64,000 nucleotides of DNA. Origin: an uncultured delta proteobacterium (GTDB lineage: Bacteria > Myxococcota_A > Polyangia > Polyangiales > Houyiibacteriaceae). The notes below the pieces were generated by a model. It searched no databases, was not told where the DNA came from, and saw only the letters and a list, made by a program, of their open reading frames with translations. Where the stretch lies: positions 608,001 through 672,000 of the forward strand of contig CAVOVB010000001.1 of NCBI GenBank assembly GCA_963699755.1. Direction: 5' to 3'. A program made the translations under genes and the position numbers. Below are positions 61,812 through 64,000 of this stretch, piece by piece; within the stretch, counting starts at the first letter, position 1; every line of letters begins with the position of its first letter.

Positions 61812-63539
61812 ATGCAAATTGAAGCGCAACGCCGTCAGCTACAGCTGACCGCGACTTTCTTGATCACGGTGACGCTCGGTTCACTCTTGCCGCTGTCAAC
61901 ACTGGGGCAGGACACCCCGTCCGCAGAGCAGAAGGGCGCTTCGGGCCAGATCCAAGAGCTGGTGGCCGACCTGAAGCAACGCGGTGCGGTTCTCAACCAG
62001 CTGCAGCGAAGGGTCGAAGAAGATCCGGATGGGGCCGCCTCGGCGATGCTCGAGAAGGAGATTTCGGACCGTAGGGCTCGATACCGACGGGACGTCGCAA
62101 AGCTCGTGCAGCTCGTCGTCGACGCAGAGGACGCAGGAGCCGAAGCCGCGCAAGGTCGCTCGACTGCGACCGAACTTCTCCAAAGAGACGCGCGCGCGAT
62201 GCGCGAAAAGCTAGAAGAGACCGGGAGGGCGTCCGTCGCGCTGGTCGATGTCGCGGCCAAAGGCACCCTAGACGAAGCGCAAAAGGCGCGCAGCGAGCTC
62301 AGTCGAAGACTTTCGACTTCAAGCCGCTTGATCAAGTACCTGGATACGAACATCGACCAGCAGGAGATGCTCGGTCTCGACGTGAAAGCGGACATCGAAT
62401 ACCTCGTCGCGCATCTCCAGCTCCGCGCTGACATGACCGCCGGAGTGCTGCAGAGCACCAAGGCAGAGATCGACGAGATCGCCGCAGGCGCTGGGGCGGA
62501 CGCGGATGCCGAGGCGCAGAAGCAGCTGGCTTCCCTGAAGAAGCAACGAGACGCGCTCGCCGAAAGCCAACGCGTAAACGTCCAATTAATGGACGAATAC
62601 GGGCTCGAGACCGCCCAGCTCAGGCAGGGGATCATCGTCGCGACGGGGAAGCTCTCGCAGGATATCTTCGACAAGGACGTTGCTTCAGGCCTCGTGGAAT
62701 CATGGTTTGCCAATGCTAGCGATTGGTTTCGGAGCAACGGGGCGTCTCTCGTCTTTCAGGTGCTGGCGTTCGTGTTGGTGCTGTTCGCGTTCTTCATCGC
62801 AGCGCGGATCGGGCGAGGGCTGATGCGGCGCGCCATTGACCGCTCGAACCTCGACGTGTCGAGCTTAGCAAGGGAATTCTTTATCAAGATGACGGGACGA
62901 CTGATCCTGCTCTTCGGGTTCATCATCGCGATTGCGCAGCTCGGGGTCGAAGTCGCCCCCTTGCTCGCCGGCCTTGGCATCGCGGGCTTCATCATCGGCT
63001 TCGCCTTGCAAGACACGCTATCGAACTTCGCATCCGGGATGATGATTCTCGTATACCGTCCGTTTGATGTAGGCGACGTCGTCGAGGCAGGCGGCGTCAC
63101 GGGCAAGGTCAACAAGATGAACCTGGTGTCCACCATGGTACTGACGTTTGACAACCAGCTGCTGGTCGTGCCGAACAAGCAGATCTGGGGAGGCGTCATT
63201 CGCAACGTCACCCATCAAGACACGCGGCGCGTGGACATGACGTTTGGCATCGGATACTCCGATGACGTTCCCAAAGCCGAGAAGGTGCTAGCCGAGATCG
63301 TCGCGAGGCACGACAAAGTGCTGAAGGATCCGGAGCCCGTCATCCGACTGAACGAGCTCGGCGACTCTTCGGTGAACTTCATCGTCCGACCTTGGGCGAA
63401 AACCAGTGACTACTGGGAAGTCTATTGGGACATCACGAGGGCGGTGAAACAACGGTTCGACGAAGAAGGTATTTCGATTCCGTTTCCGCAGCGCGATGTG
63501 CACATCTATCGCGAAGATGGCGACGGCGGTGAGGCCTAG
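61812..63539 (+). CDS. MscS-family mechanosensitive channel with periplasmic coiled-coil extension
   Basis: GFALQDTLSNFASG, RPFDVGD, VPN, DSSVN, ISIPFPQRDVH. Confidence 0.92.
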   Translation: MQIEAQRRQLQLTATFLITVTLGSLLPLSTLGQDTPSAEQKGASGQIQELVADLKQRGAVLNQLQRRVEEDPDGAASAMLEKEISDRRARYRRDVAKLVQLVVDAEDAGAEAAQGRSTATELLQRDARAMREKLEETGRASVALVDVAAKGTLDEAQKARSELSRRLSTSSRLIKYLDTNIDQQEMLGLDVKADIEYLVAHLQLRADMTAGVLQSTKAEIDEIAAGAGADADAEAQKQLASLKKQRDALAESQRVNVQLMDEYGLETAQLRQGIIVATGKLSQDIFDKDVASGLVESWFANASDWFRSNGASLVFQVLAFVLVLFAFFIAARIGRGLMRRAIDRSNLDVSSLAREFFIKMTGRLILLFGFIIAIAQLGVEVAPLLAGLGIAGFIIGFALQDTLSNFASGMMILVYRPFDVGDVVEAGGVTGKVNKMNLVSTMVLTFDNQLLVVPNKQIWGGVIRNVTHQDTRRVDMTFGIGYSDDVPKAEKVLAEIVARHDKVLKDPEPVIRLNELGDSSVNFIVRPWAKTSDYWEVYWDITRAVKQRFDEEGISIPFPQRDVHIYREDGDGGEA

Positions 63540-64000
63540 CTCCCTTTGTTCGTCTTCCGGCGCTGGCGTTCGCCGAACCAGAGAAACGGCTTGAGCATTT
63601 TGAGACTGAGCTCCGGGAACGGGCGCATGGCGTGGGCCAGGACGCCGCGCGACTGCGGCACGGTGACCGCGAGCCTGGGCTTGTCGACCAGGTCGAGGAC
63701 GACGCCTGCCACCTCTTCGACCGTCAGAAGCTTTGGTGCGGCGAAGACGAGGCCCGCCTGCTCGTTGCCGCGCTGACTGCTCACCATATCGGTGTCGATT
63801 CCGTCCGGGCAAACCGCGCTCACCTTGATGGGCAACCTGGCGCGCTCGATGTCACCCGCGAGCGAGATCGTGAACCCCAAGACGGCTTGCTTGGTCGCTC
63901 CATAGATGGCCAGACCCGGGACCGGCGTGATCGATGAAAGCGAAGCGATGTTGATCAAATGGCCGCCGCCATCGCGCATGGCCGCGATGGCCGCGCGGGC
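63536..64000 (-). CDS. Short-chain dehydrogenase/reductase (5' partial)
   Basis: INIAS, YGATK, VCPD; runs off the window end. Confidence 0.88.
   Translation of the reverse strand, partial: ARAAIAAMRDGGGHLINIASLSSITPVPGLAIYGATKQAVLGFTISLAGDIERARLPIKVSAVCPDGIDTDMVSSQRGNEQAGLVFAAPKLLTVEEVAGVVLDLVDKPRLAVTVPQSRGVLAHAMRPFPELSLKMLKPFLWFGERQRRKTNKGS

Overview
GC-rich bacterial window. The gene content and Gly/Ser-linker lipoproteins suggest Myxococcota/deltaproteobacteria (inference). Main contents: (1) A ~13.5 kb electron-transfer locus (4.7-18.4 kb) with a NapC/NirT-type quinol dehydrogenase, a putative outer-membrane beta-barrel, 13- and 23-heme cytochromes, a Rieske/cytochrome b/9-heme unit and three multiheme lipoproteins (8, 8 and 10 heme motifs). 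It holds about 75 heme c motifs in total, has a sigma54-type promoter, and is a candidate extracellular electron transfer conduit. (2) An rRNA locus tRNA-Ile/tRNA-Ala/23S/5S with its own promoter and boxA but no adjacent 16S gene; its spacers hold three copies of a covarying REP-like element. (3) A sigma54 activator with a degenerate (D->E) receiver, flanked by small genes that carry -24/-12 promoters. (4) A lipid/steroid-type oxidation region (3beta-HSD, crotonase, TetR, SDRs, two P450s, ferredoxin, F420-family enzymes). (5) Several 'hollowed' pseudogenes that keep only their N- and C-termini. The rest is housekeeping (trpB2, gltA, surE, UvrD-family helicase, PPi-type PFK, MscS). All calls come from motif reading by eye; no searches were run.
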